From Malacoraja senta (Eukaryota): 64,000 nt of DNA. The notes beneath the pieces were generated by a model that saw nothing but the letters and a program-made list of their open reading frames with translations, was not told the origin of the DNA and did not search any database. The translations under genes and the position numbers were made by a program. The stretch spans positions 22,632,001 through 22,696,000 of the forward strand of contig CM075988.1 in assembly GCA_038087875.1 (NCBI GenBank), in the 5' to 3' direction. This document shows, one piece after another, positions 39,085 to 53,099 of the stretch. Position 1 is the first letter of the stretch. The number at the start of each line of letters is the position of its first letter.

Positions 39085-39458
39085 CTTACAAAATTCTTAA
39101 GGGGTTGGACAGGCTAGATGCAGGAAGATTGTTCCCGATTTTGGGGAAATCCAGAACAAGGGGTCACAGTTTAAGGATAAGGGGGAAATCTTTTAGGACC
39201 GAGATGAGGAAAACTTTTTTCACACAAAGAGTGGTGAATCTGTGGAACTCTCTGCCACAGAAGGTAATTGAGGCCAGTTCATTGGCTATATTTAAGAGGG
39301 AGTTAGATGTGGCCCTTGTGGCTAAAGAGATCAGGGGGTATGGAGAGAAGGCAGGTACAGGATACTGAGTTGGATGATCAGCCTTGATCATATTGAATGG
39401 CGGTGCAGGCTCGAAGGGCCGAATGGCCTACTCCTGCACCTATTTTCTATGTTTCTAT
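39085..39458 (+). mobile_element. CR1 3' fragment, same subfamily as 20470-23692
   Basis: Near-identical to 23312-23690. A shorter copy lies at 41022-41243. Confidence 0.92.
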
Positions 39459-42400
39459 GATCTCATGGGGTTCAGCATAATGTTTTGACACAAACGGGGC
39501 GACTATGGAATCATATCACAAACACATCACGAATAAATGGATCCTTTTCAGATGAACAAAGTTAAGGTGATAACGATCATCTTATCTGTTTAAATTATTT
39601 AGATAAGGGATAACTATTGTTCTGGGTCCCTAAGAGCAAAGTGGTGCTCTGTGAAATCATGCCATGATATATTTTCTACCCACTTCAGGTGGGTCTCTGT
39701 TAAATCCTTCATTCTAACTGCGACAATAGAGCTTCTTCTTCTTTTCGTGTCCATCTTGTTACAAATGTTGACCTCGCTGTCATCGTCCGTCCTGAAAAGG
39801 ACGCAAGCTTCCGGTGACAATCAGTGGAAGCCGTCACTTGTCGCAATAGGTGATAGAGTTAGCTCAGGACACTTCCAGTTTCCAGCCCCGCGACGTGAAC
39901 GCTTCTGCTATGGGGCCACAATAGTGCTAGTGCATGGGGTGGTCGCCAGTCGGCACGGGCTAGGTGGCCAGAAGAGCCTGTTTCTGCATTGTATCTCTAA
40001 AGTCTAAAGTCTAATATTAAAAAAAACATTTGGACAGGTACATGGACAGGATAGATTTAGAGGGATATGGGCCAAACGCAGGCAGGTGCGACGAGTGTAG
40101 ATGGGGGATGTTGGTCGGCGTGGGCAAGTTGGGCCGAAGGGCCTGATTCCATGCTGTATGAATCTTTAAAGATGTCCAATATTCCTCAATACAAACCTGT
40201 CGTGCTGCTGCTGCTGCTGCTGCTGCTGCAAGTAAGAATTTCATTGTTCCATTTCGGTACATATGCCAATAAACTTCTGTTGACTCTCCTGACCCATATC
40301 TGTGACGGTTACTACTTTCCATTGCTGATTGTCTTTCCCTTTACCGCTTTCTCCAATTCACATGATCTCAATTTTAAATTAGACAGCTGTGGAATTTGTA
40401 TGCAGCTAAGACAAACATGACAAAAAAGTAATCTATTTCTTTCTCTTTACAAATGCTGAAAACCTTTCTGCTTATTTTCACCACCCACTGCTTTGATTTT
40501 AGGTTTTCTGCACTTGCATTGCAGTTGTGATTTATCTGGCCCTGCTGGGTGCATGGAGTGTATTCCTCCTCTTCAGAGATGCTGCCTGACCCGCTGAGTT
40601 ACTCCAGCTTTTTGTGTCTATCTTCGGTTTAAAGCAGCATCTGCAGTTCCTTCCTTCACATGTAGTGTAGGTGTTGGTCTATAGCTTGTAGGCAGTGCAT
40701 CTTATCCACAATCGGAGGTGTGAAGTGCCTCCTTGGTTCAATCCTCTTCATAGCTGATGTTACCCAAATGTCTGTTGCCCCATCTCCTCTACACTGAACT
40801 ACACAGATAAGCAGTGGGTTGATTTAACATTCTCACTCTTATTTTCAAAGACCTCCATGATCTTGCCCCTCTCTTTCTCTGTCATCTCCTTCAACCCGAT
40901 AACCGAATAACATCTCTGCATTCCTCCAACTCTGTCCTCTGCATTTTCATCTCTCTCCTGATGGCCATGTGTACTGCCACTGAGTCCCGACACTCTGGAA
41001 TCATTTTCTGCCTCTCTTTAACATTCTCTGCCACAGAAGGTAGTTGAGGCCAGTTCATTGGCTATATTTAAGAGGGAGTTAGATGTGGCCCTTGTGGCTA
41101 AAGGGATCAGGGGGTATGGAGAGAAGGCAGGTACAGGATACTGAGTTGGATGATCAGCCATGATCATATTGAATGGTGGTGCAGGCTCGAAGGGCCGAAT
41201 GGCCTACTCCTGCACCTATTATCTATGTTTCTATGTTTCTATCTCTTTGACCAATCTGATCAAAGTTAATTCAGTTAACTTCTCCACAAGAATTGTCTGA
41301 TCTGCTCTCTCTGTCATTTCTTTTAACCTTTGCACATCAACCCTAACACATCCTTCTATTTTCTGTTTGGTAACTGTCCCGTGAAACACACGGGGTCATT
41401 TATTACATTAAAGATACTTCACAAATGGAAGTCACTGTTGTTGGTTTGTAGAGTTCACTGATCTGAAAACCTGAGTAGGAAGCAAATGCAGATGCTGGTT
41501 TATACTGAATGTAGACACAAAATGCTGAAGTAACTCAGCGGGTCTCTGGAGAAAAGGAATAGGTGATATTTCAGCTCGAGCCCCTTCTTCGAAGGTGTTG
41601 CCTGACCTGCTGAGTTACTCCAGCATTTTGTGTCCATCTCAAAACTTGAGTTCAGCTGAAAGGGTGTGTTGAATGAGGGTTGCACATCCTTAACCCACCT
41701 TAAAGTGGAATGAGGCAACCACAGTGTGGATCAGGCCTGTGTCCTGTCAATGCTGATGCAGGCCCTTGGACCCACCATGTCCATGCCGACCATCAATTTC
41801 CCACTGATACTATTTTATTTTAACAGATGACAAATTACCTGCAAACCGGCACACCTTTGAGATGTGGGAGAAAACCGGAGCACCTGGAGGAAACCCACAT
41901 GGTCACAGGAAAAACATGCAAACTCCACACAGACAGCACCCGAGGTCAGGATCAAACCTGGGTCTTTGGAGCTGTGAGGTGGCAGATCTACTGGCTGTGC
42001 CACCGTGCCACCCTCTAATTATAGAAGTAGCAGCCTTAAAGTAGCAACTTGATTGTTTCTTCGATGGGGAGGTCTAGAACCGGGAGGCATGTAATATATA
42101 TATGACATCCTGTACTGTTTAAAAGGAACATTGTATAGGGAACAACACCACATCAGGGGCAGGGGCAGACTCATACCTGCATGTATTTGGTTGCAGGTAC
42201 ACAAAAATGCTGGAGAAACTCAGCGGGTGCAGCAGCATCTATGGAGCGAAGGAAATAGGCAACGTTTCGGGCCGAAACCCTTCTTCAGACGCATTTAGGT
42301 AACATCAAATGACCCCAAAAATTATCATTATTGTGGTTTATTTCAGTGGGGGGGGGGAAATATCAGATTTCAATTGCAACTGCAAAAAAATGCTAGGTGA

Positions 42401-42829
42401 TTGAATTTCTAAGCAACATTTTTGATAAAACCACCTTTATGTAAATTGCATATAAGTACCTCATCGCATCACACAGTGTTCTCCCTTCCCCCAGTGTCGA
42501 AGACAGCCTGCATTAAAATGCATCAGTATCCGTCGAACAGATACAGTAAGTTGTAACACTGAAAGCTGATAAGGAGCATCGCACATAGTCGCAGAACAGA
42601 AAGGTGAGGGTTTGCAGCTGTAATGGTTGTGACTGCGGAGCTGATAACCATGCTGGGCAGGCACTCCACCCTCGTAACGGCTCTGTGCCTGCACTGACAT
42701 GGATGACCTTCCTGGCTGAGTAAGGTCACTGGGCTTTTGGCTTATCACGCATGATGCGTGGAAGCTGGTTAAGTGACAAGTAACTGGATTCCTTCATCAA
42801 AGCAAACAAAAAGATGGGTCTACAGTGAG

Positions 42830-43520
42830 TGGTATTGTAGACAGCGAAGATGGTTGGCAAAAATTGCAGCAGGATCTTGATTGTTTGGCCAGGTGGGCTG
42901 AGGAATAGTTGATGGAATTTAAAACAGAGAAACGTGAGGTGTTCTATTTTCGAAAGTCTAACATGGGCAACACAGTGAATGGTAGGGCTCTGGGTAGTAT
43001 TGTAGAGCAGAGGGATCTTGGAGTGCAGGTACATAGTTCCTTGAAAGTGCATCAGAGGTAGATAGGGTGGTCAAGAAGGCTTTTGGCACATTGGCCTTCA
43101 TCAGTCAGAGTATTAAGTATAGGTTTCATTCTGTTTTATGATGATTGAAACATATAAGATTGTTAAGGGCTTGGACACGCTAGAGGCAGGAAACATGTTC
43201 CCGATGTTGGGGGAGTCCAGAACCAGGGGCCACAGTTTAAGAATAAGGAGTAAGCCATTTAGAACGGAGACGAGGAAAACACTTTTTCTCACAGAGAGTG
43301 GTGAGTCTGTGAATTCTCCTGCCTCAGTGGAGGCAGGTTCTCTGGATGCTTTCAAGAGAGAGCTAGATAGGGCTCTTAAAAATAGCGGAGTCAGGGGATA
43401 TGGGGAGAAGGCAGGAACGGGGTACTGATTGGGGATGATCAGCCATGATCACATTGAATGGCGGTGCTGGCTCGAAGGCCGAATGGGCTACGCCTGCACC
43501 TATTGTCTATTGTCTATTGA
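42830..43520 (+). mobile_element. Two adjacent CR1 fragments (old RT piece plus young 3' end)
   Basis: Degenerate LQQDLD...KKAFGTLAFI, then IETYKIVKGLDTLEAGNMFPMLGESRTRGH...GTGY and a tail. Confidence 0.85.
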
Positions 43521-46225
43521 TAAGAACAGTCACGGTGGCGCAGCGGTAGAGTTGCTGCCTTACAGCAAAATGCAGCACCAGAGACCCGGGTTCGATCCAG
43601 ACTGTCTGTACGGAGCTTATACGTTCTCCCCGTGACCTGCGTGGGTTTTCTCCGAGATCTTCGGTTTCCTCGCACACTCCAAAGATGTATAGGTTTGTAG
43701 GCTAATTGGCCTGATTAATTGGCTTGATAAATGTAAAAATTGTCTGGTATAAAATTGGCCAACTTCCAGTATAGACCCTGGTGGACTCTTCGGAAGGTAC
43801 AAGGTACAAGAACATCTAAGTCCCTTTAAGCAGCAACATTTCCCAATCTCTCACCATTTAACCAACACTCCACTTTCTTGTTGTGTAGATGACGTCACAT
43901 TTCTTTACGTTGTATTCCATCTGCCATGTTCTCTACCACACACGCAGCTCATCCATATCCCCTTGAAGCCTCTTTTCATCCTCCCCATACTCACAATCCC
44001 ACCCAGTCTAATTTTGTTGTATCATCAAAACCATGTTGTGAATCACTCCTGTGCCATTTGTCTACGGCACTAAAATGAGGGAGAACTTTGGTAGTGTAGG
44101 TTACAGAACCACTTTGTTGGGTTTAGCGTCTAAAATGCCCTGCCGCAGTTGGTTGGTTTCGGCACAGGGCTCTCTACTGTTGCAACTACGTGTTGCAAAT
44201 TCTTGCAGCTCCCAGTATGTAACGTTGCAGGTAAAGTCTTTGCAGTTGGTTTTTAAAGGGACATTCCATAATGTAAGCAACAGCTGTGATGGCCTTGTTA
44301 CTGAATGAATGGATGATATAAGGTGGGAGAGTGCTCCTAGTGGGGGTCAGATGGACCTGGGCAGGCTGGTGAAGAACAATGTTTATGTTCTTAATGCTTG
44401 GGACAAGGGAGATACAGCAAAGTTGTGAACTACCACTCATGGCCAAAAGCTGGCAGGGAAAGTCACAGTGAGAACATGAGCGCAGGTCAAGAATGCCTGC
44501 AATTCAGGGAAGCCTGTGATGTGGACTAATGCGTGGGCTCTGCCTGCTCCGATGGGATGACGGAGAAGCAGATGGAGTATTGTGTGCTGGAGTATGGAGT
44601 TAGAAGGACTTCCCCAATGTAGCAGAGATCAGCAAAGTGTAGTATGTAGCAGAGATCAGCTGCCGCAGCCTGGCATGAATCTGAGGTTAGGAGGGGAGAG
44701 TGACTCTGACCTTGGAGTTTAGTTTATGGGTACAGCGCGGAAAGAGTGTAGGAAGGAACTGCAGATGCTGGTTTGAACCGAAGATAGACACAAAATGCTG
44801 GAGTAACTCAGCGGGACAGGCAGCGTCTCTGGAGAGAAGGAATGGGTGACGTTTCGGGTCGAGACCATTCTTCAAACAGGCCTTCGGCCACCGAGTCTGC
44901 TCTGACCAGCGATTCCCGTACACTAGCACTACCCTACACACTAGGGACAATTTAGAATTTTTACTGAAGTCAATTAACCTACAAACCTGTACGTCTTTGG
45001 AGTGTGGGAGGCAACCGGAGCACCCGGAGAAAACCCACACGGTCACAGGGAGAAAGTGCTGTAAAAGGCAGCAACTCTACTGCTGCGCCACTGTGCCGCC
45101 TAAGGCAATACAGTCCAGTGGCACACTGAGGTTCTGTTCGAGGCTTATTAAAGGTTCCAGATGTCAGTGAGGACAAAGAACACTATTGGAGTGCTGACAT
45201 TTCAAGAAACATGATTTTCACAGAAAATATGCTTCGTAAAACTCGGGTTTGCCTTGTGATTGAATATGACGTGTAGTTTATAAAATACTTACTGAAGACA
45301 AACTTAACATGTGCACTATTGTCGTCATTGTTGAGCAATATGTTTAAAAAATATAGTGCTACTTTCCTACAACTATCAGGTTCTTGAACCAACCCGTTCG
45401 ACCCTAATCCTACCGTGACTTTGCAACAAGATGGAACATTGCTTGCACGACCATGAACTTGTAGAAACAAGGAACTGCAGATGCTGATTCATTCACAAAA
45501 GGATACAATGTGCTGGAGTAACTCATTAGGTCAGGCAGCATATCTGGAGATCATGGATAGGCGATGTCACTCGTTGAGTTACTCCAGTACTTTGTGTCCT
45601 TTTACGACTATAAACTTGTCTTGACTGAAGAATGCAGAAAACAGAGGTAGAATTCCTCTGAAACGGGAGCAAAACAGCTCTCACCCATTTCTCCCGTCAT
45701 TTCCCACACTTCTCTGCCCCACACTCCCCTATACCTCCTTTTGTCTTCATATTTCATGCCTCTTCTCCCCTTATCTGACATCCTTTTGTCTCCTTTTTCA
45801 TTTCTGGCCTTTGTCCACGCATCTGTCAATCAAAAACCCTCCTCACCTATCACTTGGCAGGCTTTGTCGCGCCCCCACCTCATGTCCAGCTTCCTCCCCC
45901 CCCCCCCACTGCACTACAATCAGTCTGAAGAAGGGTCCTGATCCAAAACACTGTCTGTTCATTCCCTCCCACTGATGCTGTGCATAGGAAGATGCCGCAG
46001 ACACTCGTTTAAACCGAAGATAGACACAAAAGGCTGGAGTAACTCAGCGGGTCAGACAGCATCTCTGGAGAGAAAGGGTCTCGACCCGAAACGTCACCTA
46101 TTCCTTCTCTCCAGAGATGCTGTCTGACCCGCTGAGTTACTCCAGCTTTTTGCGTCTACTCTCCACTGACGCTGACTGACCCGCCGGGTTTTTCCAACAT
46201 TTTGTGTTTTACTGTACTCGGGATT

Positions 46226-46752
46226 AGAAACATAGAAACATGGAAACATAGAAAATAGGTGCAGGAGGAGGCCATTCGGCCCTTCGAGCTAGCACCGCCA
46301 TTCATTGTGATCATGCAATCAACCCGTGTCTGCCTTCTCCCCATATCCCTTGAATCCACCAGCCCCTAGAGCTCTATCTAACTCTCTTAAATCCATCTAG
46401 TGATTTGGCCTCCACTGCCCTCTGTGGCAGGGAATTCCACAAATTCACAACTCTCTGGGTGAAAAAGGTTTTTCTCACCTCAGTCTTAAATGGCCTCCCC
46501 TTTTTCTAAGACTGTGGCCCCTGGTTCAGGACTCGCCCAACATCAGGAACATTTTTCCTGCATCTAGCTTGTCCAGTCCTTTTATAATTTTATATGTCTC
46601 TATAAGATCCCCCTCATCCTTCTAAACTCCAGTGAATACAAGCCTAGTCTTTTCAATCTTAATCATATGACAGTCCCGCCATCCCAGGGATCAATCTCGT
46701 GAACCTACGCTGCACTGCCTCATTCACAAGGATGTCCTTCCTCAAATTAGGG
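46226..46752 (-). mobile_element. CR1 3' fragment
   Basis: Matches 7480-7975. Confidence 0.9.
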
Positions 46753-48270
46753 ACTTAAGCTGACTTTCAAGGGAATGACTTTGCTTTCTAGAGCTGTGTG
46801 AAGGAATTTCCAGCCCAACATCTCATTGGAGTTTCATTGCGTTTAGTGCACTCTTCCTCTGTTTCCCCCCGGTTGTTACTGGGACTGCAGTTCAAAAACA
46901 CTTAATTAGCTGTAAAGTGCTTTACGATATCCCGAAGTCACAAACATTACTGCTGGAAATCTAATCGTTCTTATCCTCTACAGGGCAGCCATATAAATCA
47001 TAAGTCTACCATTGGTTGCGAAGGAGCCTTGTCAGAAGACTGCTGGTCGGTCGATGTCCGCTTTCACGTCTGGGGAATGGTTTGTGGAATACCAAAGGCA
47101 AACCAGCCTTACTAAAGCGAGTGGATAACTTTGCTCACAAAGTATGTGCAACTGCACTGCACCAAACTTTGCAGAAAGAGAGATCAAACCTCCAGTGCAA
47201 CATTAAACTTGCTGGATCCATGTCTGAACCAGATTAAATTAAAATGCAACCACAATATTTACCTCAGAAAAATGTAAATACCCGATAAAAATCTTATCTT
47301 GTATAATTATTCAACAGTTACAGGAAATGCCATCCATTTATGAAGATTATTCCGCGGCTAGCTATGAGGATATCAAAAGAGATCTGCACCAGGGCATTGG
47401 ATTTTGATTGGAATGCTAATAAAATTCAGCAATTCTTAAAAGATATAAGCCTGTAAACAAATAAGATTAAGAGTCAAAAGTGTTTAATTGTCATCTGCAC
47501 AGTGAACAGAACAATGTAATTCTTACTTGCTGCAGCTTTTGGACACAACACACCAAAATAAATATACAATAGGCAACAACACAATAAATAGTCAGTGTAG
47601 TTTAGTTTAGAGATACAGCGCAGAAACAGCCCCTTCAGTCCACACCGACCAACGATTCCCGCACACTAACAATATCCCAAGGAAAATTTACAATTATACC
47701 GAGCCAATTAACCTACAAACCTGTACGTCTTCGGAGTGTGGGAGGAAACCGAAAATCTTGGACAAAAACCCATGCAGGTCACGGAGAGAAAGTATAAACT
47801 CCTTACAGACAGGATCGAACCCGCGTCTCTGGCGCTGTAAGGCAGCAACTCTACCGCTGCACCACTTACACTAGGTAACCAGACCTTAACAACGCAAGTC
47901 GCAGTGCAATCCTACACAGTGCAAGTCACAGTGCAATCCGGAGGCCCCCGACCACGGGGGAACATCAGAGGAAGATGACTGACTTTGGTGCCTTCCCTCA
48001 CAGTGGGAAACTTTTGATTCTGCTGTGTGGGGATGTTTTGTGTTGAACTCTATCGTGTGTTGTGTTCTTTATTTTTATTGTATGGCTGTATGGTGATCAC
48101 ATTCCACTGTGCCAACTGGCACCTGTGACAAATAAATATATCTTGTATCTTGTACAAACTAGAAATAGAAGTAAAAGTAAGCCATTTGCCCCTCATTTCT
48201 GCTCTACCATTCAATAAAAGCATGGCTCTATTTTAGTACCTCTTTCTAGCAAAACCCCATATTCCGAGAT

Positions 48271-48675
48271 TCTATCTATCTATATTTAAAACTCTGTGTG
48301 TGTGTGTGTTTCTGCCTTGGTGTGTTTCTGCCTGTCTTGTGGGTGCCAGCCTTCCTTTGATTCGTTGCTACGCCAACACCACACGCAGAAACGCCGAGAT
48401 TTTTTCCATTTCGGTAGAGATTTCACTTTTCATTCCAAGTATCCACTCCTGATTAAATTTCCTCGTGTTTATGTACAAATCTTTAATAAAATCTTTCTCC
48501 CCCCCCCACCCCACTCACTCATTTTGTCTCCTCCTGCTGGCCAGCCACCATAACGGCTGCTGCCGACCGGCTCTGCTCCAAGAACGACGCCATATTTTTT
48601 TTTCGCTAGCGATTTTCGCCCCGGGGTCTGATGCACTTTCGGGGTACAGACCCAACGGGTCTGCACTTGGTCTAG
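48271..48675 (+). mobile_element. Non-autonomous Helitron (about 400 bp)
   Basis: 5' TC(TATC)TATA start. 3' hairpin GTACAGACCC-AAC-GGGTCTGCAC (48644-48666), then TTGGTCTAG|T. No TSD. It interrupts an old CR1 tail. Confidence 0.8.
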
Positions 48676-49583
48676 TTTACATCTAAAAATCTATTGATCT
48701 CTGTCCTGGAGTCACTTGGCTACTGACCCTCTCAGGCTTCATGGACAGAAAATTAAAAAACTTCACCCCGTGAAGGGCATTTCTTCTCACCTTCGTCCTG
48801 AAAGTCACGCCCTTACTTTAGGACTTTAATCCCTAGTCCCAGAAATCCTAGCCAATGGGAAACATCATCTGCATCTCATTGGTAAGAATTTTGTTTATTT
48901 CAGTGAGATTACCCCTCATTCATTAAATTCAAGAGAGTACCGGCCCAATCTCCACAACTTGCAATTAAACTAAGCCAACAATGAACCATTCTACATTTCC
49001 TTGATCATCGTCTACTTTTATCTGTCATCTTCACACCTTACAGTCTCTTTGTACCCATCCATATCTCTAGTTCCCTTCTCCCCTGACTCTCAGTCTTATG
49101 ACGGATCTCATCCCGAAACGTCACCCATTCCTTCTCTCCAGAGATGCTACCTGTCCTGCTGAGTTACTCCAGCATTTTGTGTCCATCTTCACCATAATAA
49201 TCCAATTGGTTCATCTTTGCTACATGCCTTCTCTGCAAGTAAAGCTTTCCTTAGGTGGGACGACCAGACCTTTACAACAGATGCACTCACCAAGGCTATA
49301 TGTAATAAAAGCAAGATTTCTCACTCATTTATTCAAATCCTCTTACATTAAAGGCCAACATGTCGCTTGCCTTTCCAATTGCAATGCTAAACTTTTCAAC
49401 TTCAGTAATTTATGTCTGAGGACACATAGGACCTTTTGAAGACTACCACCTTTCAGTCTCACAACATTATAAAAATACTCTGCCTTTTTCTATATTGCAT
49501 CTGCATGGCCCCATAATCTGCTTATATCCCCCTGAAAACTCAGAAGCTAACTTAGATACATTAAACACAGCAGCCTCGTTGAT

Positions 49584-49780
49584 GTTGTAGACACAAAATG
49601 GTAGACTCAGCGCGTCAGGCTGCATCTCTGGAGAAAAGGAACAGGTGATGTTTCAGCTCAGAACCCTTGTTCAGACTGCTTCTTTTTTCCAAAGGTGCTG
49701 TCTGACCCACTTAGTTACTCCAGCATTTTGTGTCTAACTTCGGTATAAACCAGCATCTGCAGTTGCTTCCTTTACATTTT
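49584..49780. mobile_element. Penelope-derived fold-back insertion with 11-bp TSD
   Basis: GCCTCGTTGAT (49573-83) / GCCTCATTGAT (49781-91). Similar units lie at 41477-41640 and 63739-63836. Confidence 0.75.
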
Positions 49781-50692
49781 GCCTCATTGATTTTGTTGTG
49801 AATAGCTGAGGTACAGCCTGTTCTCTAAAGCAACCACAAGTCAGAGGCTCTCAATCAAAGTGGCTCATTTACTCCCACTCTCTTTAACCAATCCTTAATC
49901 CACGCCTATGTTCTACCCACAGCGCCCCAAGATCCCATCTTTAACTGGATCATTCAATATTCAAATGTATTTGAAAAAATGACAATTCTGATACAGAAAA
50001 TGAATTTTCACATATTTCACATCAATGCAAAGAATAGAAGAACAGGATTACATTCATATTTTCTGAAGGAATGATAATCAACTGACCCCCAGCAATTGCA
50101 AAACAGAATTAATATAGAATCCTTGGACCCCTCAACCTTTCTGCCAGTGACGACTTCTACTCTCCTCTCTGAGAATTACACCTCCAACATTATTCTGGAA
50201 AACCAACACGGAGGTGGATATATCTCAATCTTCATCGCAACAGTGTAAGCCAGCTATTAAATCAACATTAAACCAAATTCTGGATTTTTAATTGAAAAGC
50301 AGCAATAAATTAATTTGTAAATCTCTGCAGCTGCCCATAAAGTGGAACAGGGGAATGAAGAAAAGAAATAAGCAAAACTGTTAATGCAATAAAAAGGAAC
50401 TGTAATGCTGATTTATGCCAAAGATAGACATGAAATGCTGGAGTAACTCAATAAGTCAGGCAGCATTTCTGGACAAACTGGATAGGTGACATTTCGGGTC
50501 AGGCCCCTTCTGCGACTTTCGTTTGCAGCGGCCTCTGCAGTCCGTCTGTCTTTTTATTATTTTTGTCTCGTTTTTATGTAGTTTTTTATTATTTTTTTTG
50601 TCGGGGTATGTGTGTGGGGGGGGGGTGGGGGTGGGGGTGGGGGTGGGGGTGGGGGTGGGGGGGGGGGAACTTTGAAATCTTTCCCCTGCATG

Positions 50693-50892
50693 NNNNNNNN
50701 NNNNNNNNNNNNNNNNNNNNNNNNNNNNNNNNNNNNNNNNNNNNNNNNNNNNNNNNNNNNNNNNNNNNNNNNNNNNNNNNNNNNNNNNNNNNNNNNNNNN
50801 NNNNNNNNNNNNNNNNNNNNNNNNNNNNNNNNNNNNNNNNNNNNNNNNNNNNNNNNNNNNNNNNNNNNNNNNNNNNNNNNNNNNNNNNNNNN
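50693..50892. other. Assembly gap (200 N)
   Basis: Run of N. Confidence 1.
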
Positions 50893-51340
50893 CATTGTAT
50901 TTATTTGTTGTTTCATCATTACTATGTGTACACTGTTTATTCCATGGGCTTCATGTGAGCAAGGAATTTCATTACACCCTGGTGTATATGTTAATAAACT
51001 AATCTGAATCTGAAATTGAATCTGAATGCAATGACAACAGTCTCTACTTTGGTTACCTTTTAGCTCTCTCTGTTCACCTTTATTTGATTTTTGCTTTTTG
51101 TGTTGTCTTGTATCCAGACTTTCCAGCTTTCTTTCATTTACTAAACGGCCCCTCTCCTCTCCTTCTTTTCCTTTTTTAGCCTTTGCTATGAATCCGTCCA
51201 TTGCTTTCTATTTTGAGAGTGTATCTTGGGGTTGTCTTTCATTAGATCACCCCCCAACTATATTCCTGCTGAGCACACAAACCCCACTGTTTGTCTGGGC
51301 CTTGAAATCCCTTTGCCCAAGTTATGAACAATACTGTTAA

Positions 51341-51718
51341 AGAAGGGGGAGGAGGAGGAGGAGGGGGTGAGGGAGGAGGAGGGAGGGAGGAGGAGGGGGG
51401 GGAGGAGGAGGAGGGGAGGGAGGAGGAGGAGGGGAGGGAGGAGGAGGGGAGGGAGGAGGAGGGGAGGGAGGAGGAGGGGAGGGAGGAGGAGGGAGAAGGA
51501 GGGGAGGGAGGAGGAGGAGGGGAGGGAGGAGGGAGGGAGGAGGAGGGGAGGGAGGAGGAGGGGAGGGAGGAGGAGGGGAGGGGAGGAGGAGGGGAGGGAG
51601 GAGGAGGGGAGGGAGGAGGAGGGGAGGGAGGAGGGGGGAGGGAGGAGGGGAGGGGGAGGAGGGGAGGGAGGAGGAGGGGAGGGAGGGAGGGAGAGGAGAG
51701 GAGAGGAGAGGAGGGGGG
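51341..51718. repeat. (GGA/GGGA)n polypurine tract
   Basis: About 378 bp almost entirely G/A, adjoining a Penelope ORF-end remnant (51720-51775). Confidence 0.95.
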
Positions 51719-53099
51719 TTTGTTAGAGGATGACCTAAAATTGAGAATTCAATGTTCATGCCGTTGGGCTGTTATCAGGTTTCTGAATTATCCTTCCATA
51801 TGCTAGGCTTCTTGTCCGATTTGCCCATTGTAGACTTTGGCTTTTGTCTATGGAACTGATGTGCTATATTGCGCTACAATGCTGAGAACTATAAGCTGCA
51901 CACAGTATCTTCCCTCTTTGTTCTTTCTATTGTACGTGTTCGACCTGATGGTATTTATGTTTGGTATATCTAATCTGTGCAAAACAAAGCTTTTTTTACT
52001 GTACTTTGGTAAATGTGACAATTACAACCTAGTAAGGAAAGCCGAGATTTCGCATTTTGTGTTCCCACTGTTATGTAGAGATGTCTCCTCAGCACCATTT
52101 ATAATGTCAAGGCAGAGGGGTAAGGCCAGGGTAGTTCAGGCTGGAGCTTGCACCTCTCCTCCTCCACACTACGGCACGGTGGCGCAGCGGTAGAGTTGCT
52201 GCCTTACAGTGCTTGCAGCGCTGGAGACCCGGGTTCGATCCCGACTACAGGTCCTGTCTGTACAGAGTTTGTATGTTCTCCCCGTGACCTGCGTGGGTTT
52301 TCTCCGAGAAGGCAGGTGAATGGGGTTGAGAGGGAAAGATAGATCAGCCATTATTGAATAACAGAGTAGACTTGATGGGCCGAACGGCCTAATTCTGTTC
52401 CAAAAACGTATGAACGGCAACACTTTGGGTCAAGACCCGTCTTCAGGCAGATTATAGGGGGGAGAGAAGAAAACTGGAAAAGGTGAGATGCTGCCTGACC
52501 TTCTGTGCTACTCCAGCACTTTGTCCTTCTGTGCATCTACCAGCATCTGCAGTTATTAGTTTCTACATTGTTAGAAGTTTCCATTTTACCCCACTGCTGG
52601 TAACTGACAAATAATAGGCCACTGTAAATATGCTTTGTGAAATTTGGGAAATCGTGGGGTTTGTTCTTGGTGTTTGTCCGATGCTAATAAACCAATGTTT
52701 ATTGCTCCTTTCCACTTGTCCACAGGGATTAAGAGACAACCATGTAATCTGAAGTTATGTATAGGGATGGTGGTGGGGGGAGGTTTCTTGCCTCAAGGTT
52801 GTTAGTGAACCAGCTGGGTATTTAATGACAATTCAAAAGCATGGATATATTCTGGTGCTAGCCTGCAATCATCAGATTTATTGGATTCTGTTATACAAGC
52901 TGTCACAGTTGGATTTAACTCATGACCCCCGGGCAAGTAAAATTGAATGGTAACACTGGCTTTTAAAATAGCTTGAGCCTTCATGAAAAAGAGCAAGGGA
53001 AGAACGTTGCCTTCAAAAAGTTTGCAAATGTTTGCATTTTGAAACAAAAATGGAAATGTACAGAACATAAAAAGTTTATTAGCAGCTGAAATAAACAAA

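Noticed and set aside
45288..45365. Strong minus-strand donor CA|GTAAGT with a short open frame
   Set aside because: The upstream part lies in a LINE tail remnant, and there is no credible acceptor or homology.
51324..51806. Glu/Gly/Arg- or Pro-rich ORFs
   Set aside because: These are translations of a GGA microsatellite.
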